From the NCBI GenBank assembly GCA_030390025.1, contig JASTWF010000244.1, positions 1 through 64,000 on the forward strand: DNA of 64,000 nucleotides, given 5' to 3'. The DNA is from Squalus acanthias. Lineage: Eukaryota. A program made the position numbers and the translations under genes. The notes under the pieces are model-generated. The model did not search any database. It saw only the letters and a program-made list of their open reading frames with translations, and was not told where the DNA came from. Shown here one piece after another: positions 1 through 13,586 of the stretch; the first letter of the stretch is position 1, and each line of letters opens with the position of its first letter.

Positions 1-1704
1 CCCCCCCCCCCCCCCCCCCCCCCAGTCTCTCTCTCCCCCCCAGTCTCTCGCTCTCTCGGAGGAGGCGGACCTGTGTGGGAGCGGCAGCGGGACCTGAGAG
101 AAGGCGGAGCGGCAGACGAGGCCCGACACTGGAATGCTGCGAGTTGGGAAAGAGTCCGAGAGCGGGAGCAGTCAAACAACAACAACTGCGAAAACGGTAA
201 AGTGACGTCACAACTAGGGAAGGAGCTGATTGGTAAGTCGGACCTGGTGAGTATTTCTACAGTCCAGTCGTTAAAGTAAAAGTAAGGTCTCTAGTTTAGA
301 GTAAGTAGTGTTTAAAGGGAAGTAAGGTCCCTAGTGTATTTAATATTCTTTAATTTAAAGGAAGTAAAGGGAGTAAATTAAGGGTAGGACATGGCAGGGC
401 AGCTCGCCTCCCGCTGTTCTATTAACACAATCCTTAAAACCAATCTCTTCCATTTAGCCTTTGGTAAACCCTCCTAATATCTCCTCCATTAGCTCGTCAT
501 CCATTTTTTGATTACACCTCTGTGAAATGCTTTGGGATGTTTTTCCAGTTAAAGGCGCTATATAAATGCATGTTGTTGTGGGGGAAGATTAGGGGCAGCC
601 GGGGTCGAGAGGTAGTGGAGAGTTTGAGCTGGGTGTCGTGACCATAAGTGTGGAAGTTGACCGTCTGTCTCTGGATGATGGTCACTGGCAGTGCATTTCG
701 AGGAATTTTCTTTAACATTGAAATGGTGCATTCTGGGTATTTAGAAAATATTTTGCTTCACCTAAATGTATCCAAATACAACAGGTCCAGCCAAACTATC
801 CATTCCCCAAAGGCTACCTTAAAACTTCTTTTCCCTCTGCAAAGAGGCAATCTAACTCTACCACTAGTTCACAGAGACACTCTTTCCCCCTCCAACTCCA
901 CCCCGTTTAGATAGGCCATATGTATCACCCAGTTTAGAGACACTTTGGCCCCAATATTTGCGGGGAGGGTGAGGGTGAAGCTGAAAACAACCGATTAACC
1001 TGGCAAGGCTGGGGACGCGGAGGCCCTGCCAATCTTCACAGCAGGGCCTCATTTGCATCTTTTAGCCACCTCCCGCTCAGCAGCCGTCCAAAAGGACAAT
1101 CTGACCAGTGGGCAGGAGGGAACACTAGCGGCAGAAGGCTGCAATCAGGGACCCTTGGGAACGGGCCCTGGAAATCGAGCGGGGGAGGGAGGACGCTCCG
1201 GTTGGTAATTGGGGAGTCGAGGGAGGCTTAAGGTTTAGGTAAAGATCAGCCATGATCTTATTGAATGGGCCATATGGCCTAATCCTGCTCCTATTTCTTG
1301 TGTTCTTATGAAGGCTTCCTTGAGGGGTCTGGGGGAGCACTCCTGCTCCTGTTGGCCCACAAGAGGTGTTGAAGAAGCCACTTACCTTGGGAAGCTGACA
1401 GCTCCCGCCTCCGTTTCACTGCCGAGTTTCCCGTCCCCCGGGAAACCCATCCCGCACAAGATAATTTCAAATCAGGCTCCCAATTGCACTGTTGGAGTCC
1501 TATTTAAATATGTTAATAAGCGTCCCGCCTCTCCATGGACGGACACTCCGACGTCCCGAATTCTGCCGTCGTAAAAATGTCAGCAGGCATGTGAGCGGCA
1601 TGTTGGGGTCAGGTTACGTGGATTTCATTTTTTAATTCCGCCCCCCCCCCCCCGCTGACACTGTCCCGCCCGTCATGGGAAGGGGTTAATATCGTGGACT
1701 TTAG

Positions 1705-2068
1705 GGGGCGAAATTCAGTTAGGCCCCATTTGGGGGCGGTGACCAAATTATTGCCGGAGATTCGGCGCCCGACGCGGAAGTATTGCCCTGACCGCTAAAT
1801 TTGGCTTACCGCCCCGGCGAGGAAGCAGAGCGCTATCTCGGGCGCACCACTTCCTCTCGGGGTGGTGTCGGGAGCGCCGGAGCGATGGCGCCGGCGTTGA
1901 CAGTGGCCTGGGGCGCTACCGGCGGGGGCACGGCGCTGTCAGCTAGCGCTTCAGTAGCGCCCCACCGAATTTCTCGGGAGGCGCCGCCCGGGCGATAAGC
2001 CCTTTGCGCTCCGTTAGCATCCCCCGGAGGTGCTAACGGCAGGCGCAAAGGAGCCAAATTTCGGGCCC
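1705..2068. mobile_element. Short CpG-rich MITE-like element
   Basis: Imperfect inverted ends GGGGGCGAAATT / AATTTCGGGCCC. Confidence 0.5.
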
Positions 2069-2589
2069 ATGATCTTTAGTATGCACCAGTCATGGCTGCA
2101 GTTCCTCCCCGAGGTTCCTTTTTTGAATCAGTTTCTGTATTACAAGGGGAAATTCCTGTTTCACATGATGAAGCTTCCTACTTGCAGTTTGGTCTTTGAT
2201 CGAAGCAGTAGCATCGTACAGTAACCAAAACCACAGGCACTTGCTGATCAAGCCACCCTTCCTTCTGCATTCCAAAAATCAACCCCATGAAAATCAAAGA
2301 AATCAACCTGAAAACCTACATGGTACTGACATAGAAAAGAGACTACTGCCCTCGCTGTCATTAAACAAAAGACGGAAATTCACCATATCCAATAGTGTTG
2401 CACCAACATTATATAAAAATACAAAATATTATGTTTTAGGGTTTTCTGTTAGATATACTATTTGGCTTCAGCGTCACTGATCAATTATGTCAGCTAACCG
2501 TGTCTCCCCGAGGAACCAGAGTTTGTGTTTATCTGCCCACTATTTATGCAAATATAGTGAGTCCCAGGGATTAAACCGAGAACGATTGC

Positions 2590-3325
2590 CACAACAACAA
2601 CAACAACTTGTATTTATATAGCACCTTTAACATAGAAAAGCGTCCCAAGGCGCTTCACAGGAGCGTTATAAAACACAATTTGACACTCAGCCACATCAGG
2701 AGATATTAGGGCAGATGACCAAAAGCTTAGTCAAAGAGGTAGGTTTTAAGGAGCGTCCTAAAGGAGGAAGGAGAGGTAGAGAGGGGCGGAGAGGTTTAGG
2801 CAGCTGAAGGCATGGCCACCAATGGTGGAGCGATTAAAATCGAGGATGCTCAAGAGGCCAGAATTAGAGCAGCGCAGATATCTCGGAGAGGTGTGGGGCT
2901 GGAGGAGGTTACAGTGATAGAGAGGGGCGAGGCCATGGAGGGATTTGAAAACAACAATGAGAATTTTGAAATCAAGGCGTTGCTTAATTGGGAGCCTATG
3001 TAGATGAACGAACACAGGGGTGACAGGTGAATGGGACTTGGTGCGAGTAAGGACGCAGGCAGCAGAGTTTTAGATGACCCAGTTTACGGAGAGTAGAACG
3101 TGGGAGGCCAGCCAGGAATATGTTGGAATAGTCAAGTGTAGATTGAGGTAACAAAGGCATGGATGAGGGTTTCAGCAGCAGATGAGCTGAGGCAGGGGCG
3201 GAGTCGGGTGATGTTCCAGAGTTGAAAATAGGCGGTCTTAGTGATGGCGCGGATATGTGGTTGGAAGCTCATCTCGGGGTCAGATATGACACCAAGGTTG
3301 TGAACAGTCTGGTTCAGCCTCAGAC
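2590..3325 (-). mobile_element. L2-type LINE 3' fragment
   Basis: Minus-strand ETLIHAFVTS, LPIKQRLDFKIL and a GCTATATAAATACAAG(TTG)n tail. Confidence 0.8.
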
Positions 3326-5429
3326 AATTGCCCTTGTATTTGAAATAAAAACAGAAAATGCTGGAAATACTCAGCAGGTCAGGCAGCATCTGTGGAGAGA
3401 GAAACAGAGTTAATGTTTCAGGTCTGCATTTGGTTTACTGGAATATATGACGTGCCACCACTGTTTGTCTTTGCTGGGTGAGTTTTATATACAGTCTATC
3501 GGAACGAGGCTCAGTCTATAAACCAACAAACAAATTTGTTCAGTGTTAAAAAGGTAAGTAACTGGTAGTTGGTACAAACGGGTATACCTACGTTAGTTTC
3601 AACCTTTGCTATTCTCCTCATTGTCAAAAGAACTAAGATGCTTATCCTGGCTACCACCAATGTAAAATTTATTTTTGAAACTCCGTTTATGGTGAAACAC
3701 TACCAAAGAGTCACTGATAAAGCAGTCTGCCTCCTGGCTTTAGACAAACTGGCGAGCTGAGCACAGGGTGACAAACATTAGCTCATAATCGGAAGCTCCT
3801 GGCCACAGAGCTGTAACTCAGAGACTACAAAGAATTGTGGGCTCTGCTTCCCCTCAAAGACCTGACTTACATCTTCCCCTCAGTCACAGCTGTCAATCAA
3901 AACCACGACCTCAGACACCTAGGATGATGGAATTGCACGGGTTGGCTTGATTCATTGATCTGTGCCAAATACTTTCAGTGACAATCCCCGTCCAGGTACA
4001 ATGTGAACATCCCATGCACACCAATGAATTGCAGAATTGTGCATGTCTCCATCTTGCCTTGAAATATGAATATTAGCTAGATTGTATTGTGGATTCCCTC
4101 CAGCTTGCAAAAAGCATTATGCAATAACTGACTGTAACATTATAGCCAGTAATAAAGCCAGTAATAGATAATCTAACAATGACAAAAATGCTTCCTTTTT
4201 GTCACAGAAGAGACTTGGCAATTTTCAACAATTCAGTCAGTCTGCTGCTCACTTACTCTGCATCAGTGTCTCCATATTCCACATTCTGAACTGAGACCTC
4301 CCCTTTGTCCTCCTGGCACAGAGGTTCATGCTGAAGTGTTAGTCAGCAATTGGGACTTCCCTTGATGTTGTCTGGGCTGGCTGATCATTAAGAAAAAATG
4401 GCTTTCCCACTGGCCATCTGCGAGAGCAATTGGATTTGTGAGCAGCAGAACTCAAGGAATTCACATTGTGGGAAACTCTCTTCAATGGCAGGACACCATA
4501 CCTCAGCACCCTGGCTCCATTTAACCACTGGTCTGTGTCCCACCTACAGTGAGATTAAGTTAGCGGTTCTCATGTACACTTTTTTATCCCCATATTTGCT
4601 GCTCCAGTGGAAAAGAAGCATTCATTGGCTGCTGATTATGACTATGGCCATTTACTGCCCCTCTAACTTCTAGAGTTGGTTTATATGTTGTTTAACCTCC
4701 TGTTTATTTGTATTTCCCTTGTGCTATTCTACCTGTCCTGTGTTGTTATTTGGTTTGTCACTGGCCTGTAAAGTATTTTATGGAACTGTGGGTGGTCATA
4801 TTTGCTGCTCCCTGTAGCCTGTTCTCATCTTCCCATCCCTTGTTCACCGGTGCAATCAGGGTCAGCAGGAAGCCACGATGGTCTGCACTAAAAGGGATAG
4901 CTCCTTTTTGCCCATGCAACAACAGTGGGTGCATTTCAAAAGTAATTCATTGACTGTGAAGCATTTGGGACACCCTGAGGCTGTGATTGGTGCTCTGTAA
5001 ATGCAAGTTTGTTTGTTCATTTGTAGTGTAAAATAAGAAAGACGCACAAATAGCTGGACCGAGTCCTTCCATGTCTTGTTCCCTGGTGCAGTCCAAAAAC
5101 TTCTTTCCTTCTTAAATGAAAAAGCTTCTATTCATTGGGAAAAATGTAGTAATTATTTTAGAAACAGCTTTAAAATCAAGGAATTATTTTACAGTTTATA
5201 TTAATATTGGACTTGGATAAAGAATATATATGTAGAATTAGAGGGCCTTGCGTAATGTTGTATGGAATGTTAGAACAGACTGTGATTCGATAGATGTAAT
5301 ACATAAAGAAAGGTTGGGGTTTAGGTTTCTCTCTTTTTATCCTCTCTTGACCAATCCAAATGTCTCCAGAACATCTCCAGCAATTGCTTCTTTTCCTTCC
5401 CTGCACCGTTACCTCTGGAGTCTCCTAAA

Positions 5430-5885
5430 GATCTATACTTAGCTCCTTCCTCCGACTTATCTACATGCTGCCCCTTGGTGACATCATCTGAAGACACGGG
5501 TCAGGTTCCACATATATACTGAAAACACCCAGCTCTAACTCTCCACCTCCTGTATTGACCCCTCCACTGCCTCTGTGTTGTCAGACTTTGTCTGACGTCT
5601 GGTCCTAGATGAGTCACAATTTCCTCCAATTGTACATCGGGAACACCAAAGCCATTGTCTTTGGACATCGCCACAAACTCCGTACCCTCGCCTCCGATTC
5701 CATCCCCTTTCCCAGCCACTGTCTTGGGTTGAACTAAAGTGTTCGCGACCTCGACAACCCATTTGACTCTGTGCTGAGCCTCCTGCTCCATATCACTCCA
5801 TCACAAGGACTGCCTCTGTAACATCGCCCTACTCCACCTCTGTCCAGCTGCTGCTGAAATCTCATGCCTGCCTTTGTCACATCCA
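5430..5885 (+). mobile_element. Degenerate L2-type LINE fragment
   Basis: Decayed similarity to the RT region of the L2 copies above. Confidence 0.55.
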
Positions 5886-6361
5886 GACTCGACTACTGTT
5901 ACAACATTGTTGGAAATATTGCCCACACATACTTGTGATATAAACCACAGAGAAGAGAGAGTCAGGCTAAGTACAACTTGGTTTTTATGGTTTATATTCC
6001 AGTACCTGTGTGAAAATGGCAAGGCATATGGTTATAGGCTGCATGTTGAAAAGGCGTCTTGTTTTGCAGTGTATTAGTGATCTTGGAGACAAGCTATTAG
6101 AAAAGATGACTTTCCATACAGACCAGGAAGGTTTCAGTTGGACCCATAATCTGTGATGAGAAAGCTGATCGGAAATGCAAATATGATGAAGGCAATATAA
6201 TTAGTTTTAGCAATCTGAGTTGTGCCAGAACAGGTAGTCCCGAGAAATTGGGCCTCCTTCCTCATGTAAAGTAGGCCCCAGGCAAGTCACCAGCAATGCA
6301 GCTGTAAGTTGCGGGCTGCTGCATCGGTCGTCAGGACTGCTGAGAAGCTGACAGGAGCAAT

Positions 6362-7955
6362 TCGATTCACCCCACGTGATAATTAAGAAACGCTGAGCGC
6401 ACTGGATACAGAAAAGGCTATGGGCCCCAACAACATCCCGGCTATCGTGCAGAAGTCTTGTGCTCCAGAACTAGCCGCGCCTCTAGCCAAGCTGTTCCAG
6501 TACAGCTACAACACTGGTATCTATCCGACAATGTGGAAAACTGCCCAGGTATGTCCTGTCCACAAAAAGCAGGACAAATCCAATCCAGCAAATTACCGCC
6601 CCATCACTCTACTCTCGATCATCAGCAAAGTGATGGAAGGTGTCATCGACAGTGCTATCAAGCGGCACTTACTCACCAATAACCTGCTCACTGATGCCCA
6701 GTTTGGGTTCCGCCAAGACCACTCGGCTCCCGACCTCATTACACCCTTAGTCCAAACATGGACAAAGGAGCTGAATTCCAGAGGTGAGGTAAGAGTGACT
6801 GCCCTTGACATCAAGGCAGCATTTGACCGAGTGTGGCATCAAGGAGCCCTAGTAAAACTGAAGTCACTGGGAATCGGGGGGGAAAACGCTCCACTGGCTG
6901 GAGTCATACATGGCATAAAGGAACATGATTGTGGTGGTTGAAGGTCAATCATCACAGCCCCAGGACATCGCTGCAGGAGCTCCTCAGGGCAGTGTTCTAG
7001 GCCCAACCTCCTTCAGCTGCTTCATCAATGACCTTCCCTCCAACATAAGGTCAGAAATGGGGATGTTCGCTGATGACTGCACAGTGTTCAGCGCCATTCA
7101 CAACTCCTCAGATAATGAAGCCGTCCATGCCCTGGACGACATTCAGGCTTGGGCTGATAAATGGCAGGTAACATTCGTGCCACAGAAGTGCCAGGCAATG
7201 ACTATCACCAACAAGCGAGAGTCTAACCACCTCCCCTTGACATTCAACGGCATTACCATCGCTGATCCCCACCATCAACATCCTGGGGGTCACCATTGAC
7301 CAGAAACTTAAGTAGACCAGCCTCATAAATACTGTGGCAACAAGAGCAGGTCAGAGGCTAGGTATTCTGCGGCGAGTGTCTCACCTCCTGACTCCCCAAA
7401 GCCTTTCCACCATCTACAAGGCACAAGTAAGGAGTGTGATGGAATACTCTCCACTTGCCTGGATGAGTGCAGCTCCAACAGCACTCAAGAAGCTTGTCAC
7501 CATCCAGGACAAAGCAGCCTGCTTGATTGGCACCCCATCTACCACCTTAAACATTCACTCCCTCCACCACCGGCATACCGTGGCTGCAGTGTGTACCATC
7601 TACAAGATGCACTGCAGCAACTCGCCAAGGCTTCTTCGGCAGCACCTCCCAAACCCGCGACCTCTTCCACCTAAAAGGACAAGGGCAGCAGGCGCATGGG
7701 AACACCACCGCTTCCAAGTTCCCCTCCAAGTCACACACCATCCTGACTTAGAAGTATATTGCCGATCCTTCATCGTCGCTGGGTCAAAATCCTGGAACTC
7801 CCTCCCTAACAGCACTGTGGGAGTATCTTCACCACACGGACTGCAGCGGTTCAAGAAGACGGCTCACCACCACCTTCTCAAAGGCAATTAGGGATGGGCA
7901 ATAAATGCTGGCCTTGCCAACGACACCCGCATCCCACAAACGAATTTTTAAAAAA
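6362..7955 (+). mobile_element. 5'-truncated non-LTR retrotransposon (RT fragment; clade unresolved)
   Basis: NYRPI..QFGFR..LDIKAAFDRVWH..PQGSVLGP..FADD with frameshifts, A-rich tail, and a >=20-bp TSD CGGTCGTCAGGACTGCTGAG at 6325 and 7956. Confidence 0.9.
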
Positions 7956-8385
7956 CGGTCGTCAGGACTGCTGAGGAGCAATCCTGCTTCTCCCAGCTCC
8001 ACATTGAGTTAAGTATTTCATTTAAAACTTACCTTTTTGGTGGCTGTATCAATAGTCTGATACCTAAGCCAGGAAAGTCCGCCGGCACTATGGATTGGTG
8101 AGCCAGAATATGTTATTAATGAGACCTGTCACTGGGGTCTTGGATTCTATCAGGCCAGCTCCAAGTAACTGTGCAAGCCAATAACCTAATGAGTGGAATG
8201 GTCCTAGTTGGACAAACAGTGGGAAGCTTACAAGAATTATGTACTGGTAAGCTGGGTGGCTTCAGCTAATTACACTCCAGCAGTAGTTTGAATACATTTG
8301 GTGGGGGAGGGGGGGCTAAAGTGTGGCATTTGCAAACCTGCTTCTAAGTTTTCTGAACTTGGGTAAATGGAATGTGTCCTTACAG

Positions 8386-10116
8386 AGGCTGGAATTTTAC
8401 GGGAGGTTCAGCGGGTGGGATCGGTAGTGGGTCGGGTGGAAAAGTGGATTTTTTTTGACAGCGGGTCAGGACCCCACTGTCAACCCGCCGCCACGTGCCT
8501 TTCCCAATGTCGGGTCTTTCAGTGCTGTGCAGACCCGACAGGCAGCGGCGGGGGTCCCAATTAAACTCATTATAATGTCATTAACAGATCATTAACAGGC
8601 TTTTTTAACTCACCTTTTCACTTTAACTTCATGGCTATGGGGACCATGGCTGTCAACCTGAGGCGGGAGTTCAGTGGCCATTGCTCCAGCTGATTATTTG
8701 ACAGCTTCAAATGCACAGTAAAAGCTCCCACCTGACAGATCATCACTTGCCTCAGCCACAAGCTGTTTCTCAGTCAATTTCCAGCACAGATTCTGCAGGC
8801 TTTCCACTTTTCACTCTCACCTCATTGGAAGAACTCTTTCACCGTTGACAGAATGCTTCTGTCATCTCTACTTCACCTGCCATCTATTCCATCAACATGG
8901 GTGCCCTTTATACTGTCTCATCTTGGTCCTCAGAATCCGACCATGATCAGCCCCAACACCAGCAGCACCAGGCACACCTGCAGCAACAACAACACCAACC
9001 TTCTCCGCAATCACCTGATGCTGCACAGGACAGAGGGCATCAGCACTCGAGCACATTGCTGCCAGGGATGGCCTCACCATGGCCAGATTTACTTCACTTG
9101 ACGCTGTACACCCTGGCTGCCACATGCTGCGTCAGGTTGGCACCACCCCACACCAACACCATAAAGCATCCCTACAATGCCCAAGCCATTCCTTTCACAC
9201 TCCCCATCATTGCAGTGGGTACCGTTATGTCTCACCATTCACTGCAGCTCACTAAGCCACTTCCAAAGGTGCTCACAAATCTGTCCAAGAACACAGTGTT
9301 GAAAATAAAGATTTCAATGTTTGACAGCGCATTAACAGAAACTGTATATGAACATTGGATAAAACACAGAAGTGGCTACCCTTGTGTGTTGTTAGTTGGT
9401 ATGATTGCACTAGGATGAGGGTGAGTGTGAGCGGTGGCTAGTGAGATGGGGTTGTGATAATGTAGACAGAGAAAGAGGGATGGGTGGAGGTGCAAGGTAA
9501 GTTGGTGTGAGTAAGGATGTGCAGGGGGAAGGTAGGGGATGTGATGAGAGGCACAGCAGGATGAAGGTGGTGTGGTTTTTTACTAACATTTCATGATCTA
9601 CTGAGATCATTGAAAGGTTTGTGCCACTGCACCCAGGTCTTCCTGACAACATCCCTGCTTGTGCCCTCCTGTGCAATGTGCAACCAGGCTGTGTTGGTCT
9701 CCTGGGGAGTTCTCTACCGCCCATGGGAAGAGAAGGGGACCTCCCTGCGTGCTGTGACTCCCTCCATAAGCATATGGAGGGAGTCATGGGAGAACCTGAG
9801 TGCAGCCCTGCACCTCTGTACAGTGCTTGTCAGTGTTTGCAGCACCTCAATGCTGTAGAACACGGACAGCACAAATGTCAAAATAAGGTTGGCCATGGTC
9901 CCTTTAAGGAAACCGGCTGATGATGTGTCGTCAAATGACGTCATCAGACCCGCTTCCTCTAATTGGACCGGCAAACGCGCTGGGCGGGCTTAACAAGCCC
10001 CATCAATGAAAAGTCATTTTGGACAGCGGGCTGGAGCCAGCAGCGGGGTCGGGACCTGCCACCGATGTCGCCTGCTGAGGTCAGCACAAGCCCTGCCAGA
10101 GTAAATGTTTCCCTCC
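8386..10116. mobile_element. Probable degenerate Harbinger-derived element
   Basis: GC-rich subterminal regions with weak inverted ends; the interior resembles the 29.7-30.7 kb Harbinger. Boundaries approximate. Confidence 0.45.
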
Positions 10117-10779
10117 ATATCTGACAAACGGAAACTTCATGTATAGCCCAGTGACCCACTTCTGATTGTCATCGACAAACTTCTGCAATGTGCATGTGTG
10201 TTGACAGGAATACAGGATAGAGATCAGCTGCAGACCTTCATGGCTGAATAGTTTTCTAACAATGTTTACGTTAACATGTGAAGAATAACCACTTGGACAA
10301 GGTATTTGAGGACTACCACTGACTATATTGGAGGGCTACTGTGACTGTTGAACCCCACAACAGCACCAATTGTCACCTTTTGAGAGAGAAAGAAAACAGA
10401 TTTGGAGACGTGTGTGTGTGTGTGTCAATAGAAATATATCATCCTAATATTTTTCTCTCTTTTTGTAGTATTCCCATTCGAAGCATCATACCCACCTGGG
10501 AGGACAGTCATACAACCTGCTTTGAAGTTTCCATCTTTGCTGCTTCATAATCAGTTGCTAGGGGATGCATTTGAATTACCTAATGTGATGCTCCCTAATT
10601 CCCTGTGAGGAAGCACCCTAACCCTAACCCTAAATTTGCTCAACCCCAATCAAAGGGATGACAGATTGGTGGTGCACCACGTCAGGGAATCATGGATGTG
10701 CCTTGCATCCAACCATTCCATGGGACTGCTACTGTGCCACATCAAGCAGTATATTTTGAATCTGTTTTATTTTTAGTTT

Positions 10780-11085
10780 CACAGAACAGAATCCCCACAG
10801 TGCAGATAGAGGCCATTTCGGCCCATCGAGCCTGCACCGACACATATCCCACCCTATCCCCGTAACCCCACGTATTTAATCCCCCCTAACACTAAGGGTC
10901 AATTTATCATAGCCAAATCAACCTAACCCGCACATCTTTGGACTGTGGGAGGAAACCGGAGGAAACCCACGCAGACACGGGGAGAATGTGCAAACTCCAC
11001 ACAGACAGTCACCCAAGGCCGGATTCGAACCCGGGTCCCTGGCGCTGTGAGGCAACAGTGCTAACCACTATGCCACCGTGTTGCC
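10780..11085 (-). mobile_element. tRNA-derived SINE (HE1/V-SINE-like)
   Basis: Minus strand has A box TGGCATAGTGG and B box GTTCGAATCC, a central TGTGTGGAGTTTGCACATTCTCCCCGTG domain and a LINE-like tail. Confidence 0.8.
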
Positions 11086-11114
11086 AATTGTGATACTTGA
11101 ATGGAGATATTAAT

Positions 11115-13214
11115 TGTCGTAAGAATGAGCCTTACGCGTGGTAAACTTAATGTAAGCTTTAATCAACTTAAAACGGTGCTGCATACAAAAGAGGTCTTAC
11201 CCTATGCCTCTTCCAGAGCTAACTGATCAGTCCAGTATTTATCCTGGACTGATTACAGGAAGTGATGTCATACAGGAAGCTGAAAAGTGTTACCACATTC
11301 TCCCCCCCCAAAAGATTAGGAGGCCGGAATGCTCCCTCCATTTCGTAGCCGTTGGATGAGGGAGAGCCGCACCCGTTTGGGTTCTCGTAGCGGTAGAGGG
11401 CCCCTAGCCCGTTTACCCGCTGCGGGCCATGGACCAGAGTCCGAGTGCTCCAGCCCGCTCTGTGAGGGGTCAGAACGATCCTGACTGTGTACTGGTACCC
11501 GAATGGGTGTCGGGCAGGGCTGTGGCAGATCCGTTTCTGAGCGTACGGAACAGGGTTGATCGTGGCTGCGCGTGCGAGCCCCGACGGGCTCATAGTCAGT
11601 CTGCCCCAGGTCGGCACGCTGGAGTGAGGTACCAGCCGGCGTCAGATCCCGATCATGATGAGAGGCACCTGGCAAGCCCAGAGATGTGCCTGGTACAATA
11701 TCATCCCCTGGTGTCCCTCTATGTTTCGGCGGGCAGGGAGCCAGATCCCGCAATGACACGGTAGATTCCCGACCGTCAGGATACCGAATATAGGCGTAGG
11801 TAGGGTTGACGTCAGTGAGCTCCACCTCATCTACCAGGGGGTCATTCTTAGACGCCCGGACATATCTTCGGAGTAGCACTGGTCCCGGTGCAGTCAGCCA
11901 CGACGGGAGAGATGTCCCATAGGATGAGCGACGCTGAAATCGGAAGAACCGTTCATGAGGCGTCGTATTTGTGGCGGTCGAAAGGAGGGACCGTGTGGAG
12001 TGTAATGCGTCTGGAAGTACTGCTTCCCAATGCTGGTTGGGTAGGCCCCGAGATCTCAAAGCCAGACGTACCGCATTCCAGATGATAGCGTTAAAACGCT
12101 CGACTTGCCCATTCCCAACCGGATGATAAGGCGTCGTTTTGCTGGCAGCAATACCCCGTTCCGAGAGATAGGCCTTGAGTTCTCCCGACATAAAAGAAGG
12201 GCCCCGATCTGAATGAACATAGGATGCCATGCCACAGAAAGCAAATACCTGTTCAAGGCAGCTGATAACCGTGGTTGTCAGCATATTGAGGCATAGGGTA
12301 AGACCTCTTCATCGGTGAAGTCATCAGATCGATCGTCAGGGATAAAGTCCTCCCTAATAGAGTTCACCTGTGGCCTCTTAAATTGCCTGACTGTAGTTAA
12401 GGCAGCAGACCGAGGTCTGGGCACTGTAAAAAGGTCTGCATTTCGTTTTGCTAGATCTAGAGAGCAAGCCAGGTCATAAGCTCTCTGCAGCTCAAGTGTC
12501 TTACTTTCCAGTAGACGCTGGCGTATAAATGGGGAGGCAAGCCCGCAGATGAACGCATCACGGATCATTTCTTCGCGGTATAGCTCAGCTGAGGCTGCCC
12601 GAAAGTTACAGTCCATACTAAGTCTGCGAAGCTCTTGGAGGAATTTATCAATGGATTCCTCCGGCCCTTGTTGGGCTGTAGCTAGTAGATGTCTAGCATA
12701 GACCTCATTCGGTGTCTTAGTATATAGTCTCTTAAGCGTCTGAATTGCCTCCTCATAACTGTCCCAGTCTTCCACATACTGAAATACATTCGGGGTGACA
12801 CAGTTGATGAGTATCCGCAACTTTGAGTTATCATCCGCTTTGCAATACTCAAGAAAATTCTCAAACGTGCGATACCAGTGTTTCCACACCTTACCGGCTG
12901 CTGGGGTGTTTGGGTCCAAGTCAAGACGCGATGGTTTAAGGATGTTTTCCATGATGGGTGATTCCCTGGATCCTTAGCTCCGAGTTCGTCCAAAAAGTTT
13001 GAGTGCGAAGTTTTTCAAAAGTTGATTAAATTGTCGTAAGAATGAGCCTTACGCGTGGTAAACTTAATGTAAGCTTTAATCAACTTAAAACGGTGCTGCA
13101 TACAAAAGAGGTCTTACCCTATGCCTCTTCCAGAGCTAACTGATCAGTCCAGTATTTATCCTGGACTGATTACAGGAAGTGATGTCATACAGGAAGCTGA
13201 AAAGTGTTACCACA
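11115..13214 (-). mobile_element. Internally deleted Gypsy LTR retrotransposon (copy 1)
   Basis: 183-bp LTRs at 11115-11297 and 13032-13214 (TG..CA), TTAAT 5-bp TSD, and a PPT. The gag N-terminus (12952-12310) is joined to the integrase C-terminal part (12284-11316); PR/RT/RH are missing. Confidence 0.95.
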
Positions 13215-13244
13215 TTAATGTTTAATTGTTCAATTGATATTTAG

Positions 13245-13586
13245 AAGCCTTGGATGTGAACATATTTGCAAAACCAAAGAATGTCTTAGTGAATGAAGAT
13301 GTTTCCCTGGAATGTAAAGTTACCGGCTATAGAACACCAACACTCGACCTAACAAATGTAGGTGTCCAGTGGTTGTTTGGGCCCAAAAAGGAAGAGATCT
13401 TTGTCTATAATGGAGGACGACATTTACCAAAAAGACCTGGAGCAAAAATGTCTGAAACCGAATTACAGAAAGGAGATGCTTCACTTCATCTTCCAAATGT
13501 ACAGTTTAATGAAGAAGGAGAATACACTTGTGTTGTAATTGTTACTCCTGATAAGGTAGCAAAGAGTTCAGAAATGCAGGTGTCAG
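13245..13586 (+). CDS. NCR3LG1-like: Exon: V-set Ig domain of a B7-H6 (NCR3LG1)-like IgSF membrane protein
   Basis: TTTAG acceptor ending 13244, G|GTAAGT donor at 13587, phase 1-1. Translation LECKVTG..VGVQWLF..KRPGAKMS..LQKGDASLHLPNVQFNEEGEYTCVVIVTP has the V-set Cys/Trp/Cys core. It resembles B7-H6 (RPGA..GDASLxLP..EExGEYxCxVxVTP) from memory; orthology not tested. Confidence 0.85.

Noticed and set aside
3447-3477. Candidate leader exon (ATG..CTGG|GTGAGT, phase 1, MTCHHCLSLL)
   Set aside because: Phase fits the V exon, but it is too short and weakly hydrophobic for a signal peptide; unsupported without cDNA.
5950-6020. Hydrophobic stretch LSTTWFLWFIFQYLC as a possible leader
   Set aside because: No nearby in-frame ATG and no canonical GT donor.
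10616-10633. (CCCTAA)3 telomeric repeat
   Set aside because: Only three units; not meaningful.
11010-11085. tRNA gene
   Set aside because: The A/B boxes belong to a SINE head followed by a SINE body.
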